A program made the translations under genes and the position numbers. Under the pieces are notes generated by a model. That model ran no database searches. It was not told the origin of the DNA and saw nothing but the letters and a program-made list of their open reading frames with translations. Source: an uncultured delta proteobacterium (GTDB taxonomy: Bacteria > Desulfobacterota > Binatia > Binatales > Binataceae). Taken from it: 64,000 bases of DNA. Location: positions 960,001 through 1,024,000 of the forward strand of contig CAWJET010000002.1 of the NCBI GenBank assembly GCA_963842085.1, in the 5' to 3' direction. Positions within the stretch are counted from its first letter, which is position 1. Each line of letters begins with the position of its first letter. Below are positions 37,237 through 47,810 of the stretch, piece by piece.

Positions 37237-38945
37237 GCGACCTCCGGAATTTCGGCGATCACGGTCGTGCGACCTGCCCGCGATTCCACGGTCAAGCTCC
37301 CGCCCATCAACTCCAGCCTTTCCCGCACACCAGCCAGGCCGCTGCCCGCGCCGTCGTTGGCGCCGATACCGCAGCCGTCGTCGCTGACCGAGACCCGCGC
37401 GGCCCCGTCGCGGCTTTCGATCGCGATCTGCACGGACTTCGCGCGCGCATGGCGAATGACGTTGGATAGCGCCTCGCGCACGACCTGGAAGCATAGTTGC
37501 TGCAGCGGGCGCGAAATGTTCGCCGCCGCGGCACCGTAAATCAATTTCGCTTTTACCCCCGCGTCATCGAGCCGGGCGAACTCGTGCTCGATTGCCTCGT
37601 CGAGTGACACGCTGCCGATCGTGGCCGGACGAAGTTCACGGGTCTTTTTGCGCAACTCCTCTTCGACCTGCTTGAAGATCGCGCGGGCCGCCTCACCCCG
37701 ACCGTCGAGCGCGATTTTCGCCGCCGCCAACAGTTGCGCCTGATCGTCGTGCAGGTCGCGCGCGATCCGGGCGCGCTCCTCGTCGATCGCCGCAAACATT
37801 CTAAGCGCAAGCTGGCGCACCAGGCCGCCGCGCCGCGACGCCTCCCGCTCCATCACCCAGCTCATTGCCAATGGCGCCAGCCGCTCGACAATCGCCTGCG
37901 CCCGCGCCGCCGATGCGTGCCCGTCGCGCGAGGCGAGCGCAATTGCGCCCGCCCCGAACGGGATACACACGTACGAACCACCAAACACCTTGTCCTCGAA
38001 ATATTGGCGGGCGCGATCGAGCGTTCGGTCTTCGCGCTCGCGCCAGCGGGCAATCACGATCCGGCGCAGAAAACTCTCGGCCAGCGCGCTGCCGGTCTCC
38101 ACCGGGTCGAATTGTTTCAGCTCCGCGGGCGACGACGCGGCCATGGTCAACGCGCTGCCGTCCGCGACCGCCACCATCCATTGGTCGAAGCCGGCGCCGC
38201 CCGCCACGAGTTCGCCGAAACGGCCGAACCGGTTGTTCGGCTGCGCGCACCGCGCCGCCGCAACCGCCTCGTCCAGGCTATGGGTCGCCGCCCGCTCGGT
38301 CGCCAGCTCCTGCTTGGCGCCCTCGGCCTGGCGGCCGCGCTCAGCACCGTGACCGCGCCAGAATTCAAGCGAGACGCGGGCGGCGGCCAGCGCGAGCTCG
38401 CCGAAAACGGCGCGCGCCGTAAGTTCAAGCGATGCCTCAAGTTCGGCGGGGGCGCGATCCGCCCGCGCCACCAGCGCGATTCGCACCGCGCTCGCGCCGT
38501 CGGTGAACGCCGACGCGGCGAACTGGCGCCCGTCGTCCATTTTATCGGCGCGCGCGATTGCGTCGAGCTCTCGCGCGCTCAGCGCAACTTTTTCGATCAA
38601 CCCGCTCGAAGCCGGCACGCCGCGCGCCCGCTTCGTTCCGTCGGCTGCAACCAAGTCACCCAGCCGATGACCGAGCGCTTCGAGAATCGCCTTCAGAAAC
38701 TCGTCCCATCGCGAGTCACCGTGTGGCGCGTACACCACCTCGTCGGCGCTCGTCGCGCTCGATTGAAACGCGATCGCGCATCGCTCGGCCGCAAGCGTCC
38801 CTGCGCCAAGCTCGGCAATGGCGGCGATCCGATCGCTGAAGCATGTGCCACGCGATGTCGGTCGCGGCGCGATAACTGCCAGTCGATTGGGCTGTCTGAG
38901 AGTGGTTCCCAAAATTCCTCCGCCTTCAGGATGACAGAGGAACAC
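37233..38945 (-). CDS. HisKA_3 sensor histidine kinase (start uncertain, probably downstream of 38945)
   Basis: ERARIARDLHD, REALSNVIRHA, DDGCG and GSGL..RERLELMGG; the annotated start lies next to a REP-like element. Confidence 0.85.
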   Translation of the reverse strand: MFLCHPEGGGILGTTLRQPNRLAVIAPRPTSRGTCFSDRIAAIAELGAGTLAAERCAIAFQSSATSADEVVYAPHGDSRWDEFLKAILEALGHRLGDLVAADGTKRARGVPASSGLIEKVALSARELDAIARADKMDDGRQFAASAFTDGASAVRIALVARADRAPAELEASLELTARAVFGELALAAARVSLEFWRGHGAERGRQAEGAKQELATERAATHSLDEAVAAARCAQPNNRFGRFGELVAGGAGFDQWMVAVADGSALTMAASSPAELKQFDPVETGSALAESFLRRIVIARWREREDRTLDRARQYFEDKVFGGSYVCIPFGAGAIALASRDGHASAARAQAIVERLAPLAMSWVMEREASRRGGLVRQLALRMFAAIDEERARIARDLHDDQAQLLAAAKIALDGRGEAARAIFKQVEEELRKKTRELRPATIGSVSLDEAIEHEFARLDDAGVKAKLIYGAAAANISRPLQQLCFQVVREALSNVIRHARAKSVQIAIESRDGAARVSVSDDGCGIGANDGAGSGLAGVRERLELMGGSLTVESRAGRTTVIAEIPEVA

Positions 38946-39199
38946 CTCAGTTCTAAGGGGGCGCGACCCAATGCAGCGCGCGTCCAGTTACGCAAAGAAC
39001 ACTTTGTGTGGGGGAACGAAAATCGTCCTCCCATCGGGTCGGAAATTCGGTTCAGATCACGTTCCAGAAATTGTCGGACTGATGGTCGGTGTTGAAGGTG
39101 GATTCGGTGGTCGCATTCGGCGGAATCAGCGACCGGAACACATCAGCCGTCGGATCGTAGAGCGACTGACCGATACGAAGTTGCGCGCACGCGCTGCTG

Positions 39200-41947
39200 T
39201 CAGGGATGCCCGGAATCTGATGGCTTCGATAGTTCGTCGCCCAGCGCTTTCATCTCGGCGCCGAAGGCGGTCCAGTCGCCCGCGCGGATCGCGTCCATCG
39301 CGCGATTGTAATGCTGCGCGGCGCTTTGCATGTCGGCCTTGGCCGCGCCAGCCGTTATCGGTTGCGCTAGAGCCTCGGTCGCAGCCGTCTTGGCGATCGT
39401 TGGCGCCGGCGGCGCCTCATTTTGGAACAACGCCGCCATCGTCAGGTCGAGCGTATCGCCCATCACCACCCGATCGCTGTACGACGCGATCACCCGCTGC
39501 AACTCCGGCAACTGGCCGTTCTCGGCGCGGATGAACAGCGGCTCGACGTAGAGCAGCGAGTCCTGGATCGGTATCACGAGCAGGTTGCCGAGGATGACCT
39601 TGGAACCCATCTGATTCCACAGCGAAAGTTGCCGCGAGATTTCAGGATTCTGATTGATGCGCGCCTGGATCTGGTAGGGGCCGTAAATGAGTTTGTCCTT
39701 CGAAAATGCATACTCGAACAGATGACCGTAATCCGCGCCGTCGCAGCGCGCCGCCATCCACGCAATCATGTTGTCGCGCCCCGACGGCACCATCGGCAGC
39801 ATCAACATGTATTCCGCCTGCGTCTCGCCCGGCAGCCGCATGATCACGTAGTAGGGCGACATCGGAACCGTCTGTCCGGCGTAGTTTTCGCGCGGAAATC
39901 CCCACAGGTCCTCGCGGTTATAGAAGACCTGCGGATCGGTCATGTGATAGGTGCGGAAAGTGTCGGCCTGGATCAGAAAAAAATCCTCTGGATAGCGGAT
40001 GTGCGCGCGCAATCCCGCCGGCATCGCCGACATCGGCTTGAACATCGCGGGGAAAATGCGCTGCCAGGTCTTGATGATTGGGTCGTCGGGATCGGCCACG
40101 TAAAATTCGGTGCCGCCGGTATACGCATCGACCACCACCTTGACCGAATTGCGGATGTAGTTGATGCCGTCGGCGTTACGCTGCGAGTACGGGTAGTGAT
40201 CGCTGGTGGTATAGCCGTCAACGATCCAGACCAGGCGGCCGTTCTGGATCACGGCGTAGGGATCGCGGTCGAGATTCAGGAACGGCGCGATGTACGCGAT
40301 GCGGCCCGTGATGTTGCGCCGGATCATGATCTTGCTGTTCTTTACGATGTTCTCGGTGACGAGCAGATTGATGTCGCGGAAAAAGATGCTGAACAGCAGG
40401 CGGCGGAAGAATCCCGCCACCGGCACGCCGCCCGAGCCCGCGTAGTACGCAAAGACGTTGTCCGCGCCCTTGGGATAGTCGAACTCGGGCGTCGCCGAAT
40501 CGACCACGGCGTAGTTGTCGCGCTCTTCGCCAAAGTAAATCGCCGGCTGGTCAACCTTCAGCCCCACGTCCGAGACCGCCGGAATATCCTTGATGTAGAA
40601 CACCGGCAGCCCTTCGCTGTCCTTCCGGTTGACCGGGCTCATCGCCAGCCCGGCGCCGTGGGTGAACTTGAGATGCTGGTTGACCCAGGTCTGGGCGTTG
40701 TCGGGCAGTTGGTCGATATTCATCTCGCGCGGCGACAGCATGACCTCGGTGTACTTGCCCTCGATCCAGTAGCGATCGATGTCGACGTCGCGAAAGTCGT
40801 AGTAGGTGCGGATTTCCTGCAACTGGCGGTAGGTGTCGATCAGCGGGCGCGGGTCCCACAGCCGGATGTTCTTGACCGTCGTCGAATCTTCGTCGAGCGC
40901 CGCCGGCGTGAGCGTGCCCTGCCCGGCAAACGGTTTCACGTCAACCGTGTCGAGCTTGTAGGCGTGCCGCGTCGCCTCGATGTTGCGCACCAGGTACGGC
41001 CGCTCGATCCGCAGCTCGTCGGGCTTGACCCACAGGCGCTCGATCACCGGCTGGATGAAATTCATGATCAGCGCCGGGCCGAACACGATAACGAACGCGG
41101 CGACGGGAATTCGCAGTCCGCTCTCGCGCGCGTTGAACATGCACATCGCGGCGGCGACCAGCGACAGCGCCACCAGAATCCACAGTCCCGGCTGCCACAG
41201 GATGCGATCGACGTAGCGCAGTCCGAACACGACGCCGTTGGTATGCAGCAGCAGGTCGAAGCGGCCAAGCCAGTAGCTCATCGCGCGCTGCAAGAAGAAC
41301 AGCCCCAGCAGCACCGACAGATGCCCTGCCGCGCCGGCCGACACGCGGGGCGGCGATTCCTTGAAGTCGAGCGCGCCGCGCGCCCAATAGACCGCGATCG
41401 CCATCCCGGCCGCGAGCACGATCAGCATCAGGAACAGGTCGCGGATTTCCTCGAGCAGCGGCAGCGTGAAGACGTAAAAGCCGATGTCGTTGCCGAACGC
41501 CTGCTCGGTGATTCCGAACGGCACGCCGTAGAGGCCCTTCAAGTAGGTGTCCCAGCTCGCCGCCTCGCCTTGCGCCGCGAACAGCGCCAGTATCGCCGCG
41601 CCGCCCGCCACGATCACGCGCCACGGCACCCGCTCGCCCAGCGCGCGAATCAGCTCGGGCAGATTGACCTCGACCATCTCGTCAGGACGGCGCACCACGC
41701 GCAGCCGCTCGCGGTCGCGGCTCGAGCCAATCGCAATCAACCCGCTCACGAAGATCGCGGCGAACGACACCAGCCATACGATGACGAAGATCGCGATTTC
41801 CGCGCCGACGGTGGTATTGAAGACGCCGCCGTAGCCGAGTCTGCCGTACCACAGGTAATCAACCAGCAGCTGGTCAGCCAGACTCAACGCCACCAGCGCG
41901 ACGATAACGAGCGCAGCGAGGAGGATCAGGATATTGCGCGGCCGCAT
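39200..41947 (-). CDS. UPF0182 family membrane protein
   Basis: DIGFYVFTLP, NIRLWDPRPL, DVDIDRY, HLKFTHG, NYIRNSVK and GNLLVIP. Confidence 0.95.
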   Translation of the reverse strand: MRPRNILILLAALVIVALVALSLADQLLVDYLWYGRLGYGGVFNTTVGAEIAIFVIVWLVSFAAIFVSGLIAIGSSRDRERLRVVRRPDEMVEVNLPELIRALGERVPWRVIVAGGAAILALFAAQGEAASWDTYLKGLYGVPFGITEQAFGNDIGFYVFTLPLLEEIRDLFLMLIVLAAGMAIAVYWARGALDFKESPPRVSAGAAGHLSVLLGLFFLQRAMSYWLGRFDLLLHTNGVVFGLRYVDRILWQPGLWILVALSLVAAAMCMFNARESGLRIPVAAFVIVFGPALIMNFIQPVIERLWVKPDELRIERPYLVRNIEATRHAYKLDTVDVKPFAGQGTLTPAALDEDSTTVKNIRLWDPRPLIDTYRQLQEIRTYYDFRDVDIDRYWIEGKYTEVMLSPREMNIDQLPDNAQTWVNQHLKFTHGAGLAMSPVNRKDSEGLPVFYIKDIPAVSDVGLKVDQPAIYFGEERDNYAVVDSATPEFDYPKGADNVFAYYAGSGGVPVAGFFRRLLFSIFFRDINLLVTENIVKNSKIMIRRNITGRIAYIAPFLNLDRDPYAVIQNGRLVWIVDGYTTSDHYPYSQRNADGINYIRNSVKVVVDAYTGGTEFYVADPDDPIIKTWQRIFPAMFKPMSAMPAGLRAHIRYPEDFFLIQADTFRTYHMTDPQVFYNREDLWGFPRENYAGQTVPMSPYYVIMRLPGETQAEYMLMLPMVPSGRDNMIAWMAARCDGADYGHLFEYAFSKDKLIYGPYQIQARINQNPEISRQLSLWNQMGSKVILGNLLVIPIQDSLLYVEPLFIRAENGQLPELQRVIASYSDRVVMGDTLDLTMAALFQNEAPPAPTIAKTAATEALAQPITAGAAKADMQSAAQHYNRAMDAIRAGDWTAFGAEMKALGDELSKPSDSGHP

Positions 41948-41959
41948 CAGCGTCAGGTG

Positions 41960-42274
41960 CTATTCGCCGCGTCCGATTTGTTGGACGTGTTCCCGCACCA
42001 CGTCGGGCGGGCAGAGCCAAATGAAAACCTTGAGCGCCAGGTAGCCGATAAGGAGCCAGTCGAGTTCGCCGATTATCGGAATCATGTCGAGCTCGAGCGC
42101 CGGCGGCGTCACCATCAGCAGCAAACCCATCGCCGGCACCATCTTCGCCAGCACCGGCACACGGCTCTCGGTGATTAGCCGATAGAACAGGCGGACGAAC
42201 TGCGGCAGGTACATCACCAGCCGGCCCAATTGCGCCGGCCCCAGGAATTGCATGCGAAGCATCGATCGAAACAT
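41960..42274 (-). CDS. YkvA/DUF1232-like small membrane protein
   Basis: SRVPVLAK...DMIPIIGELDW...PPDVVREH. Confidence 0.75.
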   Translation of the reverse strand: MFRSMLRMQFLGPAQLGRLVMYLPQFVRLFYRLITESRVPVLAKMVPAMGLLLMVTPPALELDMIPIIGELDWLLIGYLALKVFIWLCPPDVVREHVQQIGRGE

Positions 42275-42391
42275 CTGCTTGACCCGTCTTGATAATACTC
42301 TAGCACAAAGCGGCGCCGAAGATGTCGCCGCGATGGGGACGGCGCCCGCGTTTTTGTTAGAATTAACCCGGTACGAGGAGGGCGAAGCGGA

Positions 42392-44086
42392 GTGAAGAGG
42401 CACATGGCGCTGGGCGATTTCCTGGTCGCGTACCTGCGCAAGATTGGCGTGTCGCACGTCTTTGGCATCCCCGGCGACCTCGCGCTCAAGCTATTCTTCG
42501 CGCTGGGCCGCAAGCACGGAATGAAAATCATCACCCTGTCGCACGAGCCGGGGGTCGGCTTCGCGGCCGACGGTTACGCGCGCGCCACCGGCAAAATCGG
42601 CGTCATCTGCGTGACCTACGGCGCCGGCGGCCACAACATGGTCAATCCGGTCGCGGGCTCGTTCTCGGAGCGCGTGCCGATCCTGATTTTCTCCGGCGGT
42701 CCGGGTGAGGAGGAGCGCAAACTCGGCACCCTGATTCATCACCAGGCCCGCGAGATCGAATCGCAGCGCCGCATTTACAACGAAGTCACCTGCGCGTCCG
42801 CCGTGCTGACCGATCCGCGCACCGCCGCGCACGAATTGCACCGCGTCGTGCGCGCCATCTGGGCCGAGCAGCGGCCGGGCTACGTTGAGATTCATCGCGA
42901 CATGGTCGACCGGCAAATCGAAGTCCCCGACGAGCTGATCGAATGGGACGGGCGGCTGTATTTCCAGGAATCCGACACGCGCAAGGTCGAGGAGGCGGCG
43001 CACGAGACCGCCGCGATGTTCAACGAGAGCCGCAAGCCCGTGCTCATTGCCGGCATCGAGATTCACCGCTTCAAAGCGTCGCATGAGCTGGTGGAACTGG
43101 CCGAAAAAATGGGCGCGCCGGTGTTCACCACCGTGCTCGGCAAGGGCGCGTTCCCAATGGACCATCCGCTATACATGGGCGTGCACGTCGGCCCGATCAG
43201 CCCGCCATCGATCGTCGCGCGGATGGACGCGGCCGACTTCGTGCTCAATCTCGGATGCCTGAAAACCGACATGAACTTCGGCAACCGTCCGCCGCACGTG
43301 ATCCAGGGCCGAACGGTGTGGGCTGTCGATCGCCGGGTCGAGGTCAAGTATCACACCTACACCGACGCCGGCGTGCGCGATTTCGCGCGTGCTCTGCTGC
43401 ACGAGAAGCTGCGGCTTCATCATGAGAAGGTCCGCTACGCGGATAATCTTCGCGAGATTGCCGAGCGCGACGGCAAGCCGGTCAAGGTCAGCCAGATCCT
43501 GGCCGCGGTCAACGAATTCCTGGCCGACAAGCGCGAATACCTGGTGGTCGCGGAGTCGGGCGACATGCTGTTTGGCGGGCTCGACATCCGGGTGCCACAC
43601 AGCGGCGGCTACCTGGCACAGGGGTTTTACGCCTCGATGGGATTCGCGGTGCCGGCCTCGCTCGGCGCACAGATCGGCAGCGGTCTGCGCCCGCTGGTGC
43701 TATGCGGGGACGGCGGCTTTCAGATGACCGGTCCCGAAATTTCGCAGGCGCCGGCCAAGGGCGTCAATCCGATCGTGGTGGTGATCAACAACGGCGGATG
43801 GGGCATCTTCCGGCCGATCGCCGAGCGGCGCGACCTGCTCGACATTCCGCCCTGGCCGTATGCGAAGCTCGCGCGCGATTGGGGCGGCGCCGGATTCGAG
43901 GCGACCACGGTCGAGCAGTTGCGGGATGCGCTGCGCGCGGCGCACGACTGCAAATCGTTTGCGATAATCGACGTACGTGTCGAACGCGACGACCTTTCTC
44001 CCGTGACGGTGAAATATATCAAGGCGGCGGCCAAGCGCTCGCAAGCGCCTGCCGAGCACGCGACGCGCTGGAATTCGCGCCCATGA
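42392..44086 (+). CDS. ThDP-dependent 2-oxoacid decarboxylase (indolepyruvate/phenylpyruvate decarboxylase-like)
   Basis: FGIPGD, HEPGVGFAADGYAR, LIHHQ and GDGGFQMTG...NN. Confidence 0.9.
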   Translation: MKRHMALGDFLVAYLRKIGVSHVFGIPGDLALKLFFALGRKHGMKIITLSHEPGVGFAADGYARATGKIGVICVTYGAGGHNMVNPVAGSFSERVPILIFSGGPGEEERKLGTLIHHQAREIESQRRIYNEVTCASAVLTDPRTAAHELHRVVRAIWAEQRPGYVEIHRDMVDRQIEVPDELIEWDGRLYFQESDTRKVEEAAHETAAMFNESRKPVLIAGIEIHRFKASHELVELAEKMGAPVFTTVLGKGAFPMDHPLYMGVHVGPISPPSIVARMDAADFVLNLGCLKTDMNFGNRPPHVIQGRTVWAVDRRVEVKYHTYTDAGVRDFARALLHEKLRLHHEKVRYADNLREIAERDGKPVKVSQILAAVNEFLADKREYLVVAESGDMLFGGLDIRVPHSGGYLAQGFYASMGFAVPASLGAQIGSGLRPLVLCGDGGFQMTGPEISQAPAKGVNPIVVVINNGGWGIFRPIAERRDLLDIPPWPYAKLARDWGGAGFEATTVEQLRDALRAAHDCKSFAIIDVRVERDDLSPVTVKYIKAAAKRSQAPAEHATRWNSRP

Positions 44087-45741
44087 CCGATTCATTTAAG
44101 ACCAATGCGATCAGGTCCGATGCGCTCGAGCAGTATCGGCGTACGTGTCGGGACTTCAGGTGGGAGACGCCGGAGCATTTCAACTTCGCCGCGGTTATCG
44201 ACAAGTTCGCCGAAGATCCGCGCCGGGTTGCGATCCTTTGCGAGGACAGCGAGGGCAATCGCGCACGGCTGACGTTCGCGGACATCGCCCAGCAGTCGAA
44301 GCGGATCGCGAACGTTCTCGCCGGCCATGGAATCAGGCGCGGCGACGCGGTGCTGCTGGTGCTGCCGCGAATCACGCTCTGGCAGGCCGCCTACATCGGC
44401 GCGCTCAGGCTCGGCGCGATCGTCATCCCGTGCACCTCGATGCTGCGCGAGAAGGACTTGATCTATCGCGCGAATCATTCTGGCGCGCGCGCGATAATCG
44501 CCGGTTTCGAGCAAGCCGCGATGATCGCGGACCTGCGCAAGCAATGCCCCTCGCTCGAGCATTACCTGATCGCCGGCGCCGCCCGCACCGGCTGGGTCAG
44601 CCTGCAGGAATACATGGGTCACTCGTCGCCGGTGTTCAGAACCGCGAACACGAAATCGTCGGAGCCCGCGATTTGCTATTACACTTCCGGCACGACCAGG
44701 GAGCCGAAGGCCGTTCTGCATAGTCACTCCTATACCTACAGTCACCGCTTCACCGGGCTTAACTGGCTGAACGTGAGGCCGGGCGACATCCATTGGACTA
44801 CGTCGGACACCGGCTGGGCCAAGGCCGCGTACGGCGTGCTGTTCGGGCCGTGGATGAACGGGGTGACGACGTTCATGTACAAGGGCCGCTTCGACCCGGA
44901 AAAAGAACTCGGGTTGCTCGGCCGCTACAGAGTTACTACCTTCTGCGCGCCGCCGACTGAGTATCGAATACTAATCAAGGAGAATCTCGCCGATTACTCA
45001 TTCCCCAAGCTGAGACATTGCACTGGAGCGGGCGAGCCGCTGAATCCGGAAGTGATTGAGGTCTGGCGCGAGCGGCTGGGGCTGACGATTCACGACGGCT
45101 ACGGACAAACCGAAACGATCATCCTCGCCGCGAACATGCCCGCGATGCCCGTGAAGCCGGGCTCGATGGGGCTGCCGTTCCCCGGCCATGACGTTCGAGT
45201 GCTCAACGGCGAACTGGCCGAAACAAAGATCGATGAAGTCGGCGAGATCGCAGTGCGAGTGAGTCCCGAGCGCCCGCCGTCGCTGTTTCTGGAGTATTGG
45301 AAAAATGCGGAAGAGACCGCCGGAGTGTTTCGCGGCGACTGGTACCTGACCGGCGACCAGGCGACCCGCGACGCCGACGGCTACCTGTGGTTCGTCGGCC
45401 GCGCCGATGACGTTATCATTTCGGCGGGCTATCGAATCGGGCCGTTCGAAGTGGAGAGCGCCCTGCTCGAGCATCCCGCCGTAATGGAATCCGCAGTGGT
45501 CGCGTCGCCAGACGCTGATCGCGGCTCGATCGTCAAGGCGTTCGTGAAGCTGCGACCCGGCGCCGAGCCGGGCCAGCGGCTCATCACAGAACTGCAGGAG
45601 CACTGCAAGCGCGTGACGGCGCCCTACAAATATCCGCGCGAGATCGAGTTCATCGACGAGTTGCCCAAAACAGTCAGCGGAAAAATCCGCCGCGTCGAGT
45701 TGCGCCAACAAGAAGAATCCCGCAAGGGTAAATCTGTCTGA
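44083..45741 (+). CDS. Acyl-CoA synthetase (medium-chain/MACS-like)
   Basis: YTSGTTREPK, DTGWAK, GYGQTET, GRADDVI..GYRIGPFEVES and LPKTVSGKIRR; ATGA overlap with the upstream gene. Confidence 0.93.
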   Translation: MTDSFKTNAIRSDALEQYRRTCRDFRWETPEHFNFAAVIDKFAEDPRRVAILCEDSEGNRARLTFADIAQQSKRIANVLAGHGIRRGDAVLLVLPRITLWQAAYIGALRLGAIVIPCTSMLREKDLIYRANHSGARAIIAGFEQAAMIADLRKQCPSLEHYLIAGAARTGWVSLQEYMGHSSPVFRTANTKSSEPAICYYTSGTTREPKAVLHSHSYTYSHRFTGLNWLNVRPGDIHWTTSDTGWAKAAYGVLFGPWMNGVTTFMYKGRFDPEKELGLLGRYRVTTFCAPPTEYRILIKENLADYSFPKLRHCTGAGEPLNPEVIEVWRERLGLTIHDGYGQTETIILAANMPAMPVKPGSMGLPFPGHDVRVLNGELAETKIDEVGEIAVRVSPERPPSLFLEYWKNAEETAGVFRGDWYLTGDQATRDADGYLWFVGRADDVIISAGYRIGPFEVESALLEHPAVMESAVVASPDADRGSIVKAFVKLRPGAEPGQRLITELQEHCKRVTAPYKYPREIEFIDELPKTVSGKIRRVELRQQEESRKGKSV

Positions 45742-45786
45742 TCTCGAAGAGACGTCTTAAACTTCAGAAAAATTGGGAGAAACACA

Positions 45787-46740
45787 ATGGCGCAGGTCTT
45801 CGGAGCGGAATCCACGGCCGATGAGGTCCTCAAGGGTATCGACCTTTCGGGCAAGCGGGTACTCGTGACTGGCGTGTCGGCCGGCTTGGGTGTCGAGACC
45901 GCCCGCTCACTCGTCGCGCACGGCGCCACCGTCGTCGGCACGGCGCGCGATCTGGCCAAAGCGCGTCGAGCTCTCGCCGAAGCGGGCAACCCCGCTGTCG
46001 AACTTGTCGAAATGGACCTCGCGTCCCTTGCCAGTGTGCGCAAAGCCGCCGCAGAGCTGCTGGCGCGCGGCAAATCCTTCGATGTGATCATCGCGAATGC
46101 CGGCGTGATGGCGTGTCCGCAGGGCAAGACGCAGGACGGCTTCGAAACGCAATTCGGAACCAATCACCTGGGGCATTTCGTGTTCGTCAATCGGCTCGTG
46201 CCGCTGCTGAAGCCGGGCGCTCGAATCGTCACGCTCTCTTCGGCGGGTCATCAGATAAGCGATGTAGACATTGAAGACCCGAATTTCGAGCGGACTCCTT
46301 ATCAGGCGTTTACCGCGTACGGCCGCTCGAAGACGGCAAATATACTGTACGCCGTGGCGCTCGACAGCCGCCTCAAGGGACGCGGCATCCGCGCAACCGC
46401 GGTCCATCCGGGAGGAATCCAGACCGAGCTCGGGCGCCATATGACGCCGGAACTCATCGAGCAGATGATGGCGCGAATAAATCGTGGTGCAAAACCCGGT
46501 CAGGCGCCGACGTTCCGGTTCAAGAGTGTCCCGCAAGGCTCGGCGACTTCCGTTTGGGCCGGGTTTGTCGGGCCAGCCCACGCAGTTGGCGGACACTATT
46601 GCGAAGACTGTCACGTATGCGCGGTGAATGACGACGCGGCCTCGCGCGTCGGCGTGCGTTCCTATGCTCTCAACCTTGCCCATGCGAACGACCTGTGGCG
46701 AAAGAGCGAGGAGATGGTCGGCGAGCGCTTCCCGTTGTAG
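45787..46740 (+). CDS. SDR oxidoreductase (retinol-DH/WWOX-like)
   Basis: TGVSAGLG, ANAGVM, QFGTNHLGHF, YGRSK and HPGGI.TEL. Confidence 0.92.
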   Translation: MAQVFGAESTADEVLKGIDLSGKRVLVTGVSAGLGVETARSLVAHGATVVGTARDLAKARRALAEAGNPAVELVEMDLASLASVRKAAAELLARGKSFDVIIANAGVMACPQGKTQDGFETQFGTNHLGHFVFVNRLVPLLKPGARIVTLSSAGHQISDVDIEDPNFERTPYQAFTAYGRSKTANILYAVALDSRLKGRGIRATAVHPGGIQTELGRHMTPELIEQMMARINRGAKPGQAPTFRFKSVPQGSATSVWAGFVGPAHAVGGHYCEDCHVCAVNDDAASRVGVRSYALNLAHANDLWRKSEEMVGERFPL

Positions 46741-46765
46741 CGCTCGATCGCTTCGCCCCGCTTTC

Positions 46766-47746
46766 TTAACGTTGGGTGCAGGGGTCAGCCCCTGCCCGCG
46801 GAAATAGCGCGAGCGCGTTGCCCCGCCCGATCGCGCGGAAGTCGTCCGGAGACAACAACTTACTGCTCAACAATTCCACGAGATGCGCCGACACCACCGC
46901 TTCCGGCGTGTGTACGTAGTCGCTGCCGTATAGGATGTGCGAGCGTTCGGTCATCTCGAGTAGCGGAGTGAGCGCATTCGAGCCGGGCGAGCCCGCAAGA
47001 TCATAATAGAGCCGGCGCAGATGCTCTTCCGTGCTGATCGGAGTACTCGCGCTGCCGCCGGCGAGACCGCGGCCGAACATGCCGATTCGCCGCGCCAGGA
47101 ACGGCAGAGTGCCACCCGCGTGCGGCACGATGATACGCAGTTTCGGACAACGCGCCGTCGTCCCACTGAATATCAGGTTGACGACCGCCCGCGTGCTGTC
47201 GAAGGTGAACTCGATCATGGGGCGCGGATATCCGAGCGCACTCTGCTGCCAGCATATCGGCGATGTGGGATGAATGAAGACTATTGCGCCCCGGCGGTTG
47301 AGCTCATCGAAGACCGGGTCCAGCCGCTTGTCGCCGAGGTACACGCCGTTGAAGTTGGTCAGCACGACTACCCCGTCAAGCTTGAGCATATCCAGGGCAT
47401 AAGCGATCTCTTCCAGCGCACCGTCAACGTCCGGAAGCGGCAGGCTGGCAAAGCCGCCAAAACGCCCGCGATGGTCGCTGATGGTGCGCGCAGCAAACTC
47501 GTTGACGGATCGGGCCAGCAAACGAGCCTTCGCATCGTTGCCGAAATGCACCCCGGGAGAAGATACGGATAACATCCCGGTCGCGATCCCCATTCGGTCC
47601 ATCATCGCAAGCGCAGCCTCCGCGCTCCATTGCGGCGCAGCAAACCCGTCCGGCGAACCGCCGACGGCGTCGATCATTTTCTCGCGATATTCCGGGCTCA
47701 GATAGTGGAAATGGACGTCGATGCGGTCCGTGAACGGGTCTGTCAT
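46766..47746 (-). CDS. Amidohydrolase_2 family (ACMSD/aromatic acid decarboxylase-like)
   Basis: IDVHFH, FASLPLPD, FIHP, PHAGGTLP and YGSDY. Confidence 0.9.
   Translation of the reverse strand: MTDPFTDRIDVHFHYLSPEYREKMIDAVGGSPDGFAAPQWSAEAALAMMDRMGIATGMLSVSSPGVHFGNDAKARLLARSVNEFAARTISDHRGRFGGFASLPLPDVDGALEEIAYALDMLKLDGVVVLTNFNGVYLGDKRLDPVFDELNRRGAIVFIHPTSPICWQQSALGYPRPMIEFTFDSTRAVVNLIFSGTTARCPKLRIIVPHAGGTLPFLARRIGMFGRGLAGGSASTPISTEEHLRRLYYDLAGSPGSNALTPLLEMTERSHILYGSDYVHTPEAVVSAHLVELLSSKLLSPDDFRAIGRGNALALFPRAGADPCTQR
46774..46797 (+). repeat. GGGTGCAGGGGTCA(G)CCCCTGCCC hairpin repeat, copy 1
   Basis: Near-identical to 47811-47833 and to an inverted copy at 61615-61636. Confidence 0.75.
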
Positions 47747-47810
47747 CGGCAGTAGCCTCCAATTCCCTGATTAGTCGGTCTCGACTCGAATCGCCACCTT
47801 ACTTAACACC

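Noticed and set aside
39422-42178. 918-aa plus-strand ORF (also 34080-35591, 14441-15937, 58702-60450 and similar)
   Set aside because: Antisense or alternate-frame shadows of well-supported genes, expected at high GC; Arg-rich and motif-free
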